A DNA stretch of 64,000 bases from Squalus acanthias (GCA_030390025.1 CM059432.1:151220001-151284000); one strand, 5' to 3'. Shown: positions 25,540 through 39,028, numbered from the stretch's first letter. The notes: a model not told the origin generated them from the letters alone. Numbers and translations: made by a program.

Positions 25540-25730
25540 CAGAAAGTCCAAGGCAGGCAGACAGATACTGACAGATAGAGACAAATAGAGGCAGACAGGG
25601 ATAGAGACACAGATAAACAGCAATAGAGACCTGTAGAGGAATACAGAGAGACAGATTGACAGAAACAGCTAAGTTAGATCGAGATAAATAGAGGCACAAA
25701 CAAGGACTAATAGAATAAAAACAGATGGAG
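25540..25730. repeat. Degenerate (AGAC/AGAG) low-complexity tract
   Basis: Purine-rich tetranucleotide-like pattern. Confidence 0.6.
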
Positions 25731-26329
25731 ATAAGGCATTTTGTGGAAATGGGTTATTAATTTTGGAAATTTACAATACGTTCAGGTGTGAATTATGCCT
25801 GCAGATTTTTAAAAAACAAGGCTGCAAATGCTTTACAATCTTCTGTAAGTCCTGCGCTTCCAGTATTTAAAGTGAGAAGTATCATAACAGCAAGAGCTGA
25901 GATGTTGGAGCAGCACATAGACAATAGGAATGTGTCTCCAACACAGAATGGTGAGAGAGCCATTCGATAGTCACTGAAACTGGTGCAAGACAGCTAAAAA
26001 CACAACACTTACAGTAAATAAATAAATAAATGTAACTCCCTGTGCAGGTACTTCCAGACATGGACAGTAGATACCCAGGAAACATGGAGATGTGCAGATT
26101 TTCAAGATGCTCACCAAAACCTATTGCCTCATCTCAACGGCAGAGATGACAGAATGGCTTCTGCATTCTCAGATGCAGCAGCCATCTGATTTCTGCTGAG
26201 GAAATAGGTTTTGGTGAGCCTTCAGTGCAAGGGCTCACCTTAGAACAGAGAATGTCAGTGTTTGACAGCTTCTCAAAGCTGTCAAACGCTGACAATTCAT
26301 CTGTCAAAAATTTTCTCTGTCACCAGCTT

Positions 26330-26482
26330 TCCCTTAATTGGCCGGCTCAACCCGCAGGGCGGGCTTAACAAGGTCAATCAAGGGAAAATAGCGTGGGTTG
26401 GCCGGACGTCATTGGGGGCAGGCTGAAACCCAACAACCAGCAGTCCCGCCCCCAACGCGCCCCCATTGACAAAATCCAGCCC
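26330..26482. mobile_element. Right end of a family C-like MITE
   Basis: Ends tgacaaaatccagccc, like 13640 and 16006. Confidence 0.65.
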
Positions 26483-26910
26483 TATGTGTTCAAGTCTCTG
26501 GAGTGGGACTTGAACCCTCAACCTTCTGACTCGGAAGCAAGAGTGCCAAGGTTGACCCCTTATTAATGGAGAAAGTTAAGGCCTTCACAAACCTCACTGC
26601 TGCTTGAAGCCTGCTCCCAACAGATCAAAGAAAGACAGACTTACATTTCTACAGCGCCTTTCACGACCACCGGACATCCCAAAGTGCTTTACAGCCAATG
26701 AAGTACTTTTTGAAGTGTAGTCATTGTTGTAATGTAGGAAATGCGGCAGCCAATTTGCACACAGCAAGCTCCCACAAACAGCAATGTGATAATCACCAGA
26801 TTATCTGTTTTAGTGATGTTGATTGAGGGACAAATATTGGCCAGGACACCGGGGATAACTCTCCTACTCTTTTTCGAAATAATGCCATGGGATCTTTTAC
26901 GTCCACCTGA
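26483..26910 (-). mobile_element. Two Deu-SINE fragments (head about 26483-26556; body and tail about 26625-26910)
   Basis: Reverse-complement matches to 21238-21680. Confidence 0.75.
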
Positions 26911-27935
26911 GATCAGAGCCAGCCGCAGACATGTGGCTATCAAAAACAAGGTTTTAAATAATAAAAAAGTACATATTTTACAATGACATGATTAAATTTA
27001 CCCACTGAATTGTCTTTTGTGTCTTTCAATGCTTTTACTTTAAGACCTCACTCAAAAGCATGGATTTCGACTGGATTTCTTTTCCTCACAATAGTTCAAG
27101 AGAGCTGACAACCACAAGAATTTTGGGCATATGCAATTTGCAGAATTTCACAGCCTTTAATTCTTAAATTGGTATCGATTTCTTTATTACTAATTCCCCT
27201 CTTCATTTCTGCAGAAAATACAGTTAAAAAACCATTACCTTCTGAGCTATTCTTGAAGCTTAACAAACTTTTTAAAATATGCAAACAATGATGTTTTGAG
27301 CATTTTTATGCAGTAATTTTTGTTTGTATAAGTCGGCGTGGTCACTAGTAATGTACGATTGGATAAATATTTCACACCTGCGCTCCTGAAATTGTACACC
27401 ACCATTCTGTGATTTTCTGTCCAGTTGGAAAGTCGTGGACTGGGGCAACACAATTTCCTGTCTTACTGGTCCCAGCATGCGTCAGAAACACGGAAGCAGA
27501 AAGTTTATCCTTAAATGCTTTAAGACAATAATGTATGGACAGCAACTGCTGGCGACAGTGGTGGTACCTGAGAGCACAAACGAGGCTGTGGACTGGTTGG
27601 GGCAAGAGGCTAATGGTTAGGGGTGTGGTGGGTTGATGAGGTGCCTGATGCACTGAAAGGAACCAAGGACCGTTTGGGTCTTATTTCTCTGGGCCTTCAC
27701 TCCCCGCAGCAATACTCTGCTCCCCATTGTTCTGAAGCCTGCACTGGACCCCAGATTCCTATCCTCGGACTTCTCACCCCCCCCCCTCCCCCGCCAATCC
27801 TCCAATTCCAGTGATTCCAGGTCAATCCCTAATGGGCCCAAACCCTGAAATCTCCCTCCCCATGCTCCAAGTTTGGAGGATCCCTCTCCCAGTGATCCTA
27901 GGACCTGCCCCAATGTACCCATGGCTTCTGGGGGA

Positions 27936-28120
27936 GGGGATAATTTTCACTTCCAGCGGGAGCAGACAACGGGCGGTAGAGATCGCCTGCCCGTTTTACA
28001 CACCACTCGATTTTTCTTTCTGCTGAAGTCAATAGAAATGAAAATCAGATGGGGTGTACGATGGGCAACTAATCTGCTACTCCCTATTTTCCGACCCCAC
28101 CAAAAGTGAAAATTAAGCCC
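27936..28120. mobile_element. Short Harbinger-type MITE
   Basis: TIRs ggggataattttcactt / aagtgaaaattaagccc; no clean TSD. Confidence 0.6.
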
Positions 28121-29231
28121 TCTTTTCTACTGCTTTTGGTGTCCCCACCCCCACCCAGGTACTGGTAGCCACCCACCCAAAGTATTACTGGACCCTAAGA
28201 CCCCATCACAGTACTGCTAGACCCAGCGCCAGTCCAATGCTGCTAAATCCGTGCTTATAAAACCTCAATTCACTCTGAACAATTCACAGATCAGTGAGAT
28301 TTCTATACATAGGCAACATATATATTTATCTCTGCGTTTATTGATACTAGATTGACTGTTACGATGTGCAGTTGGCTGACATGGGGGAATGTTGCATTTG
28401 CCGAACTTACAGGAAACATGAAGCAATAACAGAAAATGTTCAGGCAGCACCTTTGGAGAAGGCAGAACACCTGAATCACTTTCCTGGAATTGCTCGAGTA
28501 GCTGTATTACCGAACTGAATTAGTCAGTGTGTGCAGATCGTGAAATAATAGTCTGTCACGTCAAAGAGGAATTGAAACAAGAACTAATTCCTCATAATGT
28601 GTAATGTGGAATATTTGTACTTTTTATTGCAATCCCATTGATGTTATCAAACTTCAACTGAAGTAAAGAAATAAACAGACAGGTCCACGTTGCTGAGGTT
28701 TCTTACATGTCTCCTTATTTGAAGTAATAGACACAAGGGCTTAGAAACTGAAGGTGTTAGTGTGGCCGTTAAGGCCTGTTTTAGCAATAGAAATGCCGGC
28801 TGCCTCACTTCCGCCGGCTGCCGGTGGGTCCTGCGGCGGCCGCCAGTTTCGGCTGGGTGGTAGCGCTGCCGATGTTTCCGCTCGCTGGGGATTTATAGAT
28901 TTTGCAGATCATGACATCAGTGAGTGTGCAACGCTCACTTGATGCCCGATCTGCCATTTTCACATTTGCCGCTCTACTGTGTTAATTACGACCAGCTGAG
29001 AAAGCGTTGACAAGCAGGAAGGAGCCTCCAGCAGTGATATTTAAAGGGATCATCATCAACAACTTGCACCTGACATGTTTCTGCAGTTTTACTGTCTCTG
29101 TGTAACTTTCTGCAACTCCAGCAGCTTTATAAACTTCTTTCAAGGTCCTACGGTAACAGGGAATGTTGCTGCAAATGGAGAACACCTTTACTCTTATTTA
29201 AAGGCTTGTGCTCACAACACTTGCTCACAGT

Positions 29232-30370
29232 CATGAGGGCTGTACTGGCAGTCCCCCTCGCGCTCGAGTATCTTCGGGAGAGGGAGTGGAGGCAGCGAAG
29301 ATGAGAAGATGCTCACATAGGGAGGAGGAGGAGGGCCAGGAGGGCTCTCAACTGGAGGCCTTACCCACCTAGGGTCTTCCGAGAGCAATTCTCTTATATC
29401 CACTTAAGCAAGGAGCAGTGTATTAGGAGGCTCCACTTCAGCAAAGAGGTGGTCACAGAACTCTGCCACCTCCTGCAACCAGACCTGCAGCCTGAGAGCA
29501 GGGTGAACACGGCTCTCCCAGTGGCCCTCAAGGTCACCATGGTCCTCAATTTCTTCACAAGCGAATCTTTCCAGTCTGAGACATAGCTAACATCTCCCAG
29601 TTCACTGTCCATTGCTGCACCGGGAGGTCACAGAGGTTCTCTACACCAGGAGAAGGGATTACGTTGTCTTCTCTCTGCACAGAGAGAAGCAGGAGGAGCG
29701 CGAATGTGGCTTTGCCAGGATAGCGGACTTCACCATGGTGCAGGACGCCATCAACTGCACCCATGTGGCTTTGCGGGCGCCGCATAACAATCCTGAAATC
29801 TTCCGTAACCACAAAGTCTACCACTCACTTAATGTGCAGTTGTTATGCGACCATGTCCAGTGCATCCTGATGGTCAATGCCCGCTATCCTGGCAGCAGTC
29901 ATAATGCCTTCATCCTGTGTCAGTCCAGTGTGCCAGCAATCTTCCAACCACCACGCCAAACCCAAGGGTAGCTGCTCAGAAAGAAGGGCTATCCACTCTG
30001 CACCTGGCTGATGAATCCTGCCCAGCACTCATGGGAGCCACCAGGAACATCATCGAACAGACCATTGGGGTGCTCGGGAGGAGCCCTCCAGTACTCGCCG
30101 GAGCGGGTGTCCCATTTCGTGGTGGTCTGCTACATGCTTCACAACTTGGCCATCATGAGGGCGCAGCCCTTGACACCAGAGATTGCAGGACCACCTCAGG
30201 AGGTAGGCGAAGAAGAGGAGGGTGAGGAGGAGGAGGAGGAGGTCAAGGAGGAAGAGGACGAGGAGGAAGCCGAGGAGCAAGAGGAAGAGGAGGAAGGGAG
30301 GAGACAGACAGCAAATCCCCCTTCCACATGGGCTGTCCATGAACGCCTCATCAGACTCCGATTTGAGTGA
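29232..30370 (+). pseudogene. Harbinger DDE transposase (HARBI1-like family), frameshifted
   Basis: KEVVTELCHLLQPDLQ, VQDAINCTHVAL, YHSLNVQLLCD, ARYPGSSHNAFIL, RNIIEQTIGVL, VVVCYMLHNLAI, acidic tail. Confidence 0.9.
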
Positions 30371-31441
30371 ATGAAACCCCAGATCCCCATTGCTCACCAT
30401 ATCCCATCAACCGTATCCCCATCATACCATCCCTGTCACAGAACATTACAGCATCCTCCTGGGCACAAAGCTGAAATGAGAGCCATCACAAAACAAACAT
30501 TCCAAACATAATTAATAAATTTATAACTTTTCAATTTACATTACAATATGAACTAATTACCCTTGTGCAATCCCTGGTGCCTGTTGTTCATGTACCCTTT
30601 CCTACTCTGGTGCTCCTACGCAGTGCTCCCCCAGTGGCTTCAGCACGGCTGGTGGAAGGCTGCTGAGTTTCCATGGGAGAGACTTCAGATGGACTTGCAG
30701 GATGACCTCGACCAGCTGTGGACCTAAAAGGCCCGGCTGTAGACTGCACCACCTCGGCATGGGCGGCAGTCTGGTCTAGCTGGCGGGCGGCAGTCTGGTC
30801 TGGCTGGCTGACAGGCAGCAGCAAGAGCAATGACGGAGTGGCAGTGGTGGGAGTCGGAATGCTGTCATCCTGAGAGAGGACAGCAGGTTCGTGCACCATG
30901 GAGCCACTGCCTATTCCTGGGCTGGCACCTCAGCATCCTAGCCATCTGTTGGAGGACAGATTGCTGGACTGCTGCAACCCCCTGCAAGCCCCTTTCGACA
31001 CTCATAAACCCAGGCACGAGAGCAGTCTGAGCTTCCATTGCAGCACTGAGACATTGGGTCGCTTCCGCTTGTGTGGCAATGGAAGCTGCGACATCGCCCA
31101 TCACACCCAGCATCATGGCTGGGTCCACAAGGTCTCTCCTGGAGTTGTCCATCATTTCCAGCCTGGAAATCCTGGGCTGCAAGCTCTGTGCAAAGCCCCA
31201 ACAAATGTCGGAGCCGGACTACTCCTTGCTCCTTCGACACTGACAGGAGGCTCTCTGGCAGGCTTGCCATTGCACCAAGCATTTCTGTGTGCATGCCCAT
31301 CACCCTTCTTCTGAAGGCCACCCCACAGAGGTCATCATCTGAGTCGTGTGCATCAGAATCGTGCGCGAACCTGCCCTCCGAGGAGCTGGCCCCCGAGCTA
31401 GCCTGTCCTCCTGGCCTTGCTGCAGCCCAGTGCCTCACCAT

Positions 31442-33968
31442 AGAATCTTAGAATCATAGAAATTTACAGCACAGACGGAGTCCATTCGGCCCATCGTGTC
31501 TACGCTGGTCAAAAAAGAGCTATCCAGCCTAATCCCACTTTCCAGCTCTTGGTCCGTAGCCTTGCAGTTCATGGCACCTCAAGTGTATATCAATGGGATT
31601 AGGGTTTCGGCCTCTACCAACATTTCAGGCAGTGAGTTCCAGACCCCTACAACCCTCTGTGTAAAAAAAGTTCACCTGCTGAACAAGGTCAGAGAATGCG
31701 GAGTCAGGGGACAAGTAGCAGAATGGATTGCTGGCTGGCTTCAGAACAGAAAGCAGAGAGTAGGAGTAAAGAGTAGCTATTCACAGTGGCAGAAGGTGGG
31801 TAGTGGTGTTCCACAAGGATCAGTGCTGGGACCACTGCTGTCCACAAGTTACATTAACAATTTAGACTCAGGAATCAAAAACACAATTTCTAAATTTGCA
31901 GATGATTCCAAATTGGGGGGGAAAGTCAATACTGAGGAGGACTGCAACAAGTTACAGAACATTAATAAACTTTGCAGAATGGGCATATAATTGGCAAATG
32001 AAGTTCAACACAGATAAATGTGAGGTATTACATTTTGGTAGGAAGAATAGGGGAGGTCACTTATTACTTGGAGGGTGCGAGTCTAGGTGGGGTAGAGGAA
32101 CAAAGGGATCTAGGAGTACAAATACACAAATCACTAAAAGTTGCGACGCTGGTTAGCAAGGCCATAAAAAAAGCAAACCAAGCCCTAGGGTTTATTTCTA
32201 GAGGAAAAGAATTGAAAAGTAGGGAAGTTATGCTAAACCTGTATCGAACCTGGGTTAGACCACACTGGGAATACTGCGTACAGTTCTGGTCACCATATTT
32301 TAAAAAGGATATAGTGGCACTGGAGAGGGTGCAGAGAAGATTTACAAGGATGATACCAGAAATGCAAGGGTATACATATCAGGAAAGGGTGAACAGGCTG
32401 GGTCTCTTTTCTCTTGAAAAAAGAAGGCTGAGGGGTGACCTAATAGAGGTCTTTAAAATTATGAAAGGTTTTGATAGAGTGGATACAGAGAGAGTGTTTC
32501 CACTTGTGGGGAAGAGCATAACTAGAGGCCATCAATATAAGATAGTCACCAAGAAATCCAATAGGGAATTCAGAAGAAACTTCTTTACCCAGAGTGTGGT
32601 GAGAATGTGGAACTCGTTACCACAGGGAGTGGTTGAAGTGAGTAGTATTGATGTATTTAAGGGGAGGGTAGACAAGCATATGAGGGAGAAGGGAATAGAG
32701 GGTTATGCTGATAGATTTAGATGAGGAAAGACGGGAGGAGGCTCGAGTGGAGCATAAACGCCGGCATGGACTGGTTGGGCCGAATGGCCTGTTTCTGTGC
32801 CGTATATCCTATGTAATCAACTCCCCTCTAATCCTACCAAATACTTTAAATCTATACCCCCTGGTTATTGACCTCTCTGCTAATGAAAATAGTTCCTTCC
32901 TATCCACTCTATCTAGGCCCCTCATAATTTTATACACCTCAATTAAGTCTCCCCTCAGCCTCCTCTGTTCCAAAGAAAACAACCCCAGCCTATCCAATCT
33001 TTCCCCATAGCTAAAATTCCCCAGCCCAGGCAACATCCTCGTAAATCTCCTCTGCACCCTCTCTAGTGCAATCACATCCTTCCTGTAATGTGGTGACCAG
33101 AACTGCACGCAGTATTCTAGCTGTGGCCTAACTAGCGTTTTATACAGTTCAAGCACAACCTCCCTGCTCTTATATTCTATGCCTCGGCTAATAAAGGAAA
33201 GTATCCCATATGCCTTCTTAACCACCTTACCTACCTGTCCTGCTACCTTCAGAGATCTGTGGACATGCACTCCAAAGCCCCTCTATTCCTCTACACTTCT
33301 CAGTATCCTACCATTTATTGTGCATTCCCTTGCCTTGTTAGCCCTCCCCAAATGCATTATCTCACACCTCTCTGGATTGAATTCCATTTGCCACTTTTCT
33401 GCCCACCTGACCAGTCCATTGATATCTTCCTGCAGTCTACAGCTTTCTTTTCCACTATTAGCCACATGGCCAACTTTTGTATCATCTGCAAACTTCTTAA
33501 TCATGCCCCCTACATTGAAGTCTAAATCATTGATATAACCACAAAAAGCAAAGGACCCGGTACTGAGCCCTGTGGAACCCCACTGGAAACAGCCTTCCAG
33601 TCCCAAAAATGCCCGTCGACCATTACCCTTTGCTTCCTGCCACTGAGCCAATTTTGGATCCAACTTGCCACTTTCCCTTGGATCCATGGGTTTTTATTTT
33701 TTTGACCAACCTGCCATGTGGGACCTTGTCAAAAGCCTTGCTAAAATCCATGTAGACTACATCAAATGCACTACCCTCATCGACCCTCCTTGTTAGCTCC
33801 TCAAAAAAGTCAATCACGTTAGTCAGACACGACCTTCCCTTAACAAATCCATGCTGACTGTCCTTGATTAATCCGTGGCTTTCTAAATAATGATTTATAC
33901 TGTCCCTCAGAATTTTTTCCAATACTTTTCCTACCAACGAGGTTAGGCTGACTGGCCTGTAATTACTT
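31442..33968 (-). mobile_element. 5'-truncated CR1 inside the Harbinger, itself split by a + strand CR1
   Basis: Tail at 31442-31670 continues at 32818; RT motifs 32809-33937. Confidence 0.92.
31675..32817 (+). mobile_element. 5'-truncated CR1 nested in CR1
   Basis: ORFs 31496-32724 with RT C-terminal motifs; tail tatcctatgtaatc. Confidence 0.95.
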
Positions 33969-36155
33969 ATGTGCTGATCTTGTATCTACACTACCCTCTA
34001 AATTCCGCGCAGTGCCAATTTCTGAGCTGGTGTCTGCGAGTGTCAGATGCAGTGACGGAGTGCCGCCTTCTTCATCTCCACTGTTCTCCATTACTTTGGA
34101 GACAGGCTGTGCAGGTGGCAGGCCTTGGTCATCTGAGAGCAGAAAGGCACAAGAGTCAGGTTATGGTGAGGGGAGGTGGGGGGAGCAAGATATCCATGCA
34201 TACACTATCAGCAGCTTGCAAGTGAGAAGAGATTGTGGGATGAGGGGGATGTGGGAAGAAGGATTAGGAATGAGCATACCGTTATTGTCCCCAAGGGCTT
34301 CAACTTTGCCCATTGCCACGGCCTCAGTGACTTCCCCTCCAGTGATGTCGAGCACTGCCTCCTCCAGTTGGGTCAAGGCCTGTAAAGGAGCTTGGCCACC
34401 TCCCATCTGCCGCTGATCGCAGCGGTTGTGAGCCACCTTGGCCTGCAAGAGAAAGGGTAGTGTGTCAGTGAGTGTGGTGTAATGTGTTTGAGTGATGTGC
34501 CTGCCATAGTTGAATAGCTGTCAGTGTGTGCAAGGTGTGAGATGTGAGTGTGAGTGTTGCAGCAGTGGTGAGGTTGTGAGGGTGAAGTGAAGCTATGAAT
34601 TTGAGGTCTGAGTGGTGAAAGGTAGATATTATTGGTAGGTGAGTGATGGGGATGTGATGCATTGAGCAGTGTGTGAGGCTTGTGGTGCAGTTGGTGGGAT
34701 ATGGCATTTGCTGAAGCCTTCACTCACCTTGACCTGCCATGTGAGGTCATTAAACTTCTTGTCGCACTGGATCTATATCTGCGGTACGCCACTGTTGGCT
34801 GTGACGTACCCAGCTATCTCTTGCCACAGTCTTCTCGAAGTATGCGCTGATGGCTTCCTGCCACCCTGCGGGAACAGGACAGCCCGCCTCCTCTCCAAGA
34901 CCAGTACCAATGCCTCCAGAGCCGCATCAGAGATCCTTCTGGCTCGTTCTCTTTGCTGCTGCTGAGCCTTGTGTTTCAAATGGAATTCCAACTGCATTGA
35001 CAATGAGGTGCTGCTGCATCAAAGCACCTCCCCTTTAAGTGGTGGAGTAAGACTAGGCCAAACATTACTGGCCATTAGACTACACCTGATATTGGCTCAC
35101 CTGTTGAGCAGCAAGCCAATCAGCATCGCGTTTAGCGCTGAGATCAGCACTCCAATCGTGTAAATGAGCAGGCAGCACGAATTTTGCGTGCTGCCTGGAC
35201 CACTTGAACAGGCGCAGCCAAATAGCGCTGGGCCATGACACCGCCCGTTTTCGGGCCATATCCAATTTCTAGGCCTAAAAGAAGTAGTAGAGATTTACAT
35301 CTCATCCTTGCCACCGCTCATTAGGATAGGCAGAGAGACAGACCTTTATATTTCTCTCTCGTGCACCTGGGGAATGATCAGTTCCCAGGCACAAAGGAGA
35401 GAAATAGGGTTGGAGATGTAGGACTTTCCCCGGGATGACGGGGTAGAGTGGAACACCTGCACCTACCACTGGCACAAATATTGTAATGGCATGGAAATAA
35501 GAGGAAAGGACCGATACGGTGCCTCACACCTCATTTTCCTTTGGGGATGCTTGCTGGGTGGCCAGTTGGAGGGGCACTGGAAGAAGTTAGCAGTAGCTGT
35601 CGTACCTGGCTCCTCTCAGAGTGGAGTTTCTGAGACGGGAAGGCAGCAAGGCCATGGGAGACCCAAAAAGTTATGGACCATTTCATTTTCCCGAGTTCCC
35701 CACCGATCTTTGGGGCTGAAGGCCTTCCAGCTGCTGTTTCTGTTCAGCAACCAGCAGACCCCACAGCCACCGGTCATGACCACTGCTGTGGGCCTCTCAG
35801 CCTCCGATTCATGGCAACAAGCCACACCTGGTTTGGGGGGAGGGGGGATGCAGCTGTGCTGGGGCCACACCCTGGTTCTGCTGTTGACCCGAACCAGCAA
35901 ACACAAGTGCATGCTGGTCAGGTGCATTCTGCCGAACCAGCACTGGAGAGGAATATCAGGGCCATAGAATCACAAAGTGTCAGAAAGGCAGCAGCAGGAG
36001 AGAAGTCCACCCTTCCACCCAATAATAAAGGGCACGGTTATATCAGCACCTGGAGTCCCAATATGCACTTTATTACACGAGAGTGCGCAGAGAGTGCTGA
36101 ATTATAAAATTGACCGCATTATTTCAACTTCACCACGTTTTGTTAACTGACACTG

Positions 36156-37140
36156 CGGGGGGAATTTTAGCTCCTCTCGCTCAGTCTCCATCAAGCGGAA
36201 CAGGAGTTAGAATTCAAGCGGTGGACTGACTGCTCATTTCCCACAGCCAACTTAATGCTGCTGTTTTCTTGGGCAGTTGAGACAGCTGCCTGTCTCAGGT
36301 GAGAGCTTCATGAATAAATGTAAATTGGGCTCCTGTGATGTAGTAAGGAACCCGATGTGATTTTAACTACAGACTGAGCGGGGTGTCCCCCACACCCTCT
36401 CCGCCTCAGTAAATCCTGGCCGGCGCCCAGTGGGGGTCCTGTCTGGTGAGTTTAAAACTCATCTCTGTGGGGTCGGGAGGAGCAGGAATTCTCCTCCAGG
36501 TCCCACAAAGGAAATTTTAGCCGCTATCACCCCAGACTCCCACCTGACCGACGAAAGCCTCCCAAAATGCCCACCCCGCCCCCCCACCCCTCCCCACCAC
36601 TGATTTACCTGACTACTGGTCGCAAGGCATCAAGGCCACCCAATCTCCAGGCAGCTCACCAGCAACGACCATTTGAATTTCTAGCAGCCCCCGACAACGC
36701 AGGTCGATCTGGAGAGGGGGCGACTGGGAGGCGGTTGTCTAGGAGGGGGAGAGAGAGCAGAAGGGGATCGAGGTCGCCGTCGAGAGGGAGGTTGAGGCAG
36801 TGATCATGCGGGGGGGAAGCGAGTGACGGCGGGTAGCGGCCCGTGGTTTTAATGTGGAGCTTGGAGGAGCACCTCCCGACCCCACATTCATTTTTTAAAA
36901 AGCATTTTTGATGGCGACCTGCGGCAGTCCCTTTGCGGACCGTTGGTGAGGCCACATGTAGAACTGGCTTCCCTGAATGCAGCCGGCTCGGCACCAGCTA
37001 AGAAAGAAGCATCAAACGGGCTTTGGCATCTTATTTGCATCTGTAATGGGCCTAACGCCTGTTTCGGGCGCGGGCCCTGGACGACTCCGTTGATGCCTGT
37101 ACCAATATGGTTCAGAACGACATCATAGAATTTCTGGGCC
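36156..37140. mobile_element. Composite of Harbinger-type MITE pieces
   Basis: Starts ggggggaattttag and ends gaatttctgggcc; the right half resembles family B (5560-5880) inverted. Confidence 0.5.
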
Positions 37141-37661
37141 GATGTATTTCCAGTGATTTGAGCCTCAACAACACAGGGTGCTCGGAAAGTCACAGGTTCC
37201 CGCTATCCAAGGTCGCTCTGGGGCTGTAATGGGGTTGATTTAAATTTAAATGGGCTACCATTCGATTGTGCTGGGCAAGATGAGAAGATCGAATTTATAA
37301 TACAATATTAAAACATTTTTAAGTCTTCAGCTGGTGTCGCTGCCCAAGCTACACTGTGGCAGGTGTCACAGTTATTCGCCACCCCGACCAGCTGGGTGAT
37401 TACGGGCAGCAGAAGCACCACCAGATCCCATCCGAATCATTCAATGGAGCCCAACTATCGGAAATCACCAGGTCACTGTGCAAACACAGAGGAGGCAGAA
37501 GGACTGCTTTGCCTAAATTCCACTACCACTGCGGCAACGAGGAAAAGATACCCCAGCCCTCTTTAACTGTTGAGCTGTGATTTTCTGATTGGCATTATTT
37601 TAATATAAATGGGTTATCGGCATTAAAATTTCATTGATCCAAAAATCTGGGCTGATCTCTG

Positions 37662-39028
37662 TATAACATCAGTGGTGGGTAAAGTTTTAGAAACAATAAT
37701 CAAGGAAAAAATGAACGGGCACTTGGAGAGGTTTAAACTAATTAAGGAGAGCCAACACGGATTTGTAAAAGGCAAATCGTGTTTGACTAATCTAATTGAA
37801 TTTTTTGATGAAGTAACAGAGGATTGATGAAGGGAATGCAATGGATGTTGTGTACATGGATTTTAGGAAGGCGTTTGACAAAGTACCACATAGAAGGCTG
37901 GTTAACAAAATTGAGGCTCATGGAATAGGTGGGTCAGTGACAGCTTGGATAAGAAATTGGCTTCAAGACAGAAAACAGCGAGTTGTGGTAAATGGCTGTT
38001 TTTCAGACTGGAGGATGGTAGACAGTGGTGTTCCCCAAGGGTCAGTGCTGGGGCCACTGCTTTTTTTGATATATATAAATGACCTGGATATTGGAATACA
38101 GAGTAGAATTTCTAAATTTGCCGATGACACCAAACTTGGAGGTGTGGCAAACAGTGATGATGATACCAATCGACTGCAACAGGACATAGAAAGGCTAGCA
38201 GAATGGGCAGACAAGTGGCAGATGGAATTTAATACAGAGAAGTGTGAGGTGATGCATTTTGGCAGAAGGAACAGGGAGAGGCAATATACACTTAATAGCA
38301 CAGTTTTAAAGAGTGTGCAGGGACAGAGGGACCTGGGAGTTAATGTGCATAGGTCCCTGAAGGTGGCAGGACATATTGAGAAAGTGGTTAACAAAGCATA
38401 TGGGATCTTGGGCATCATAAATAGAGGTATTGAGTACAAAAGTAGAGAAGTTATGCTGAACCTTTATAAAGCGCTGGTTAGGCCACAACTGGAGTATTGC
38501 GTCCAGTTCTGGTCACCACACTTCAGGAAGGATGTGAAGGCACTTGAGAGGATGCAGAGGAGATTTACCAGAATGGTTCCGGGGATGGGGGCTCTTAGCT
38601 ACAAGGACAGGTTGGAGAAGCTGGATTTGTTTTCATTAGAGCAAAGGAGGTTGAGGGGTGATTTGATAGAGGTGTATAAGATTATGACGGGTTTGGATAG
38701 GCTAGACGGGGAAAGGCTGTTCCCACTAGTTGACGGTACAAGGACTAGGGGACACAGATTTAAGGTTTTGGGCAAGAGATACAGGGGGGATGTGAGGAAA
38801 AACTTTTTTACGCAGCGAGTGGTAAGGACCTGGAACTCGCTGCCGACAGAAGTGGTGGAAGCGGAGACACAATGTTTTCAAGGGGAGACTGGATAGGCAC
38901 TTGAGGGAAATAAACTTGCAGGGCTACGGGGATAGAGCGGGGGAATGGGACTGACTGGATTGCTCTACAGAGAGCCAGCATGGACTCGATGGGCCGAATG
39001 GCCTCCTTCTGTTCCGTTATGACTCTAT
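37662..39028 (+). mobile_element. 5'-truncated CR1 with a long open RT frame (351 aa, 37841-38896)
   Basis: YMDFRKAFDKVPH, GVPQGSVLGP, KFADDTKLGG...FFTQRVVRTWNSLP; (gactctat)n tail. Confidence 0.95.

Larger units (their letters stand above)
30588..34997 (-). pseudogene. Harbinger Myb/SANT-like DNA-binding gene, 3 exons (34997-34728, 34442-34280, 34132-30588), exon 3 split by CR1
   Basis: RERARRISDAALEALV...LWQEIAGYVTA...QCDKKFNDL; GT-AG introns (gtgagt...tgcag; gtatgc...ctcag) at the same positions in the other copies. Confidence 0.85.
28738..35275 (+). mobile_element. PIF/Harbinger DNA transposon, structurally complete but degenerate, with nested CR1s
   Basis: TIRs ggcttagaaactg / caatttctaggcc; transposase on + and Myb/SANT gene on -, convergent; TSD not clean. 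Confidence 0.9.
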
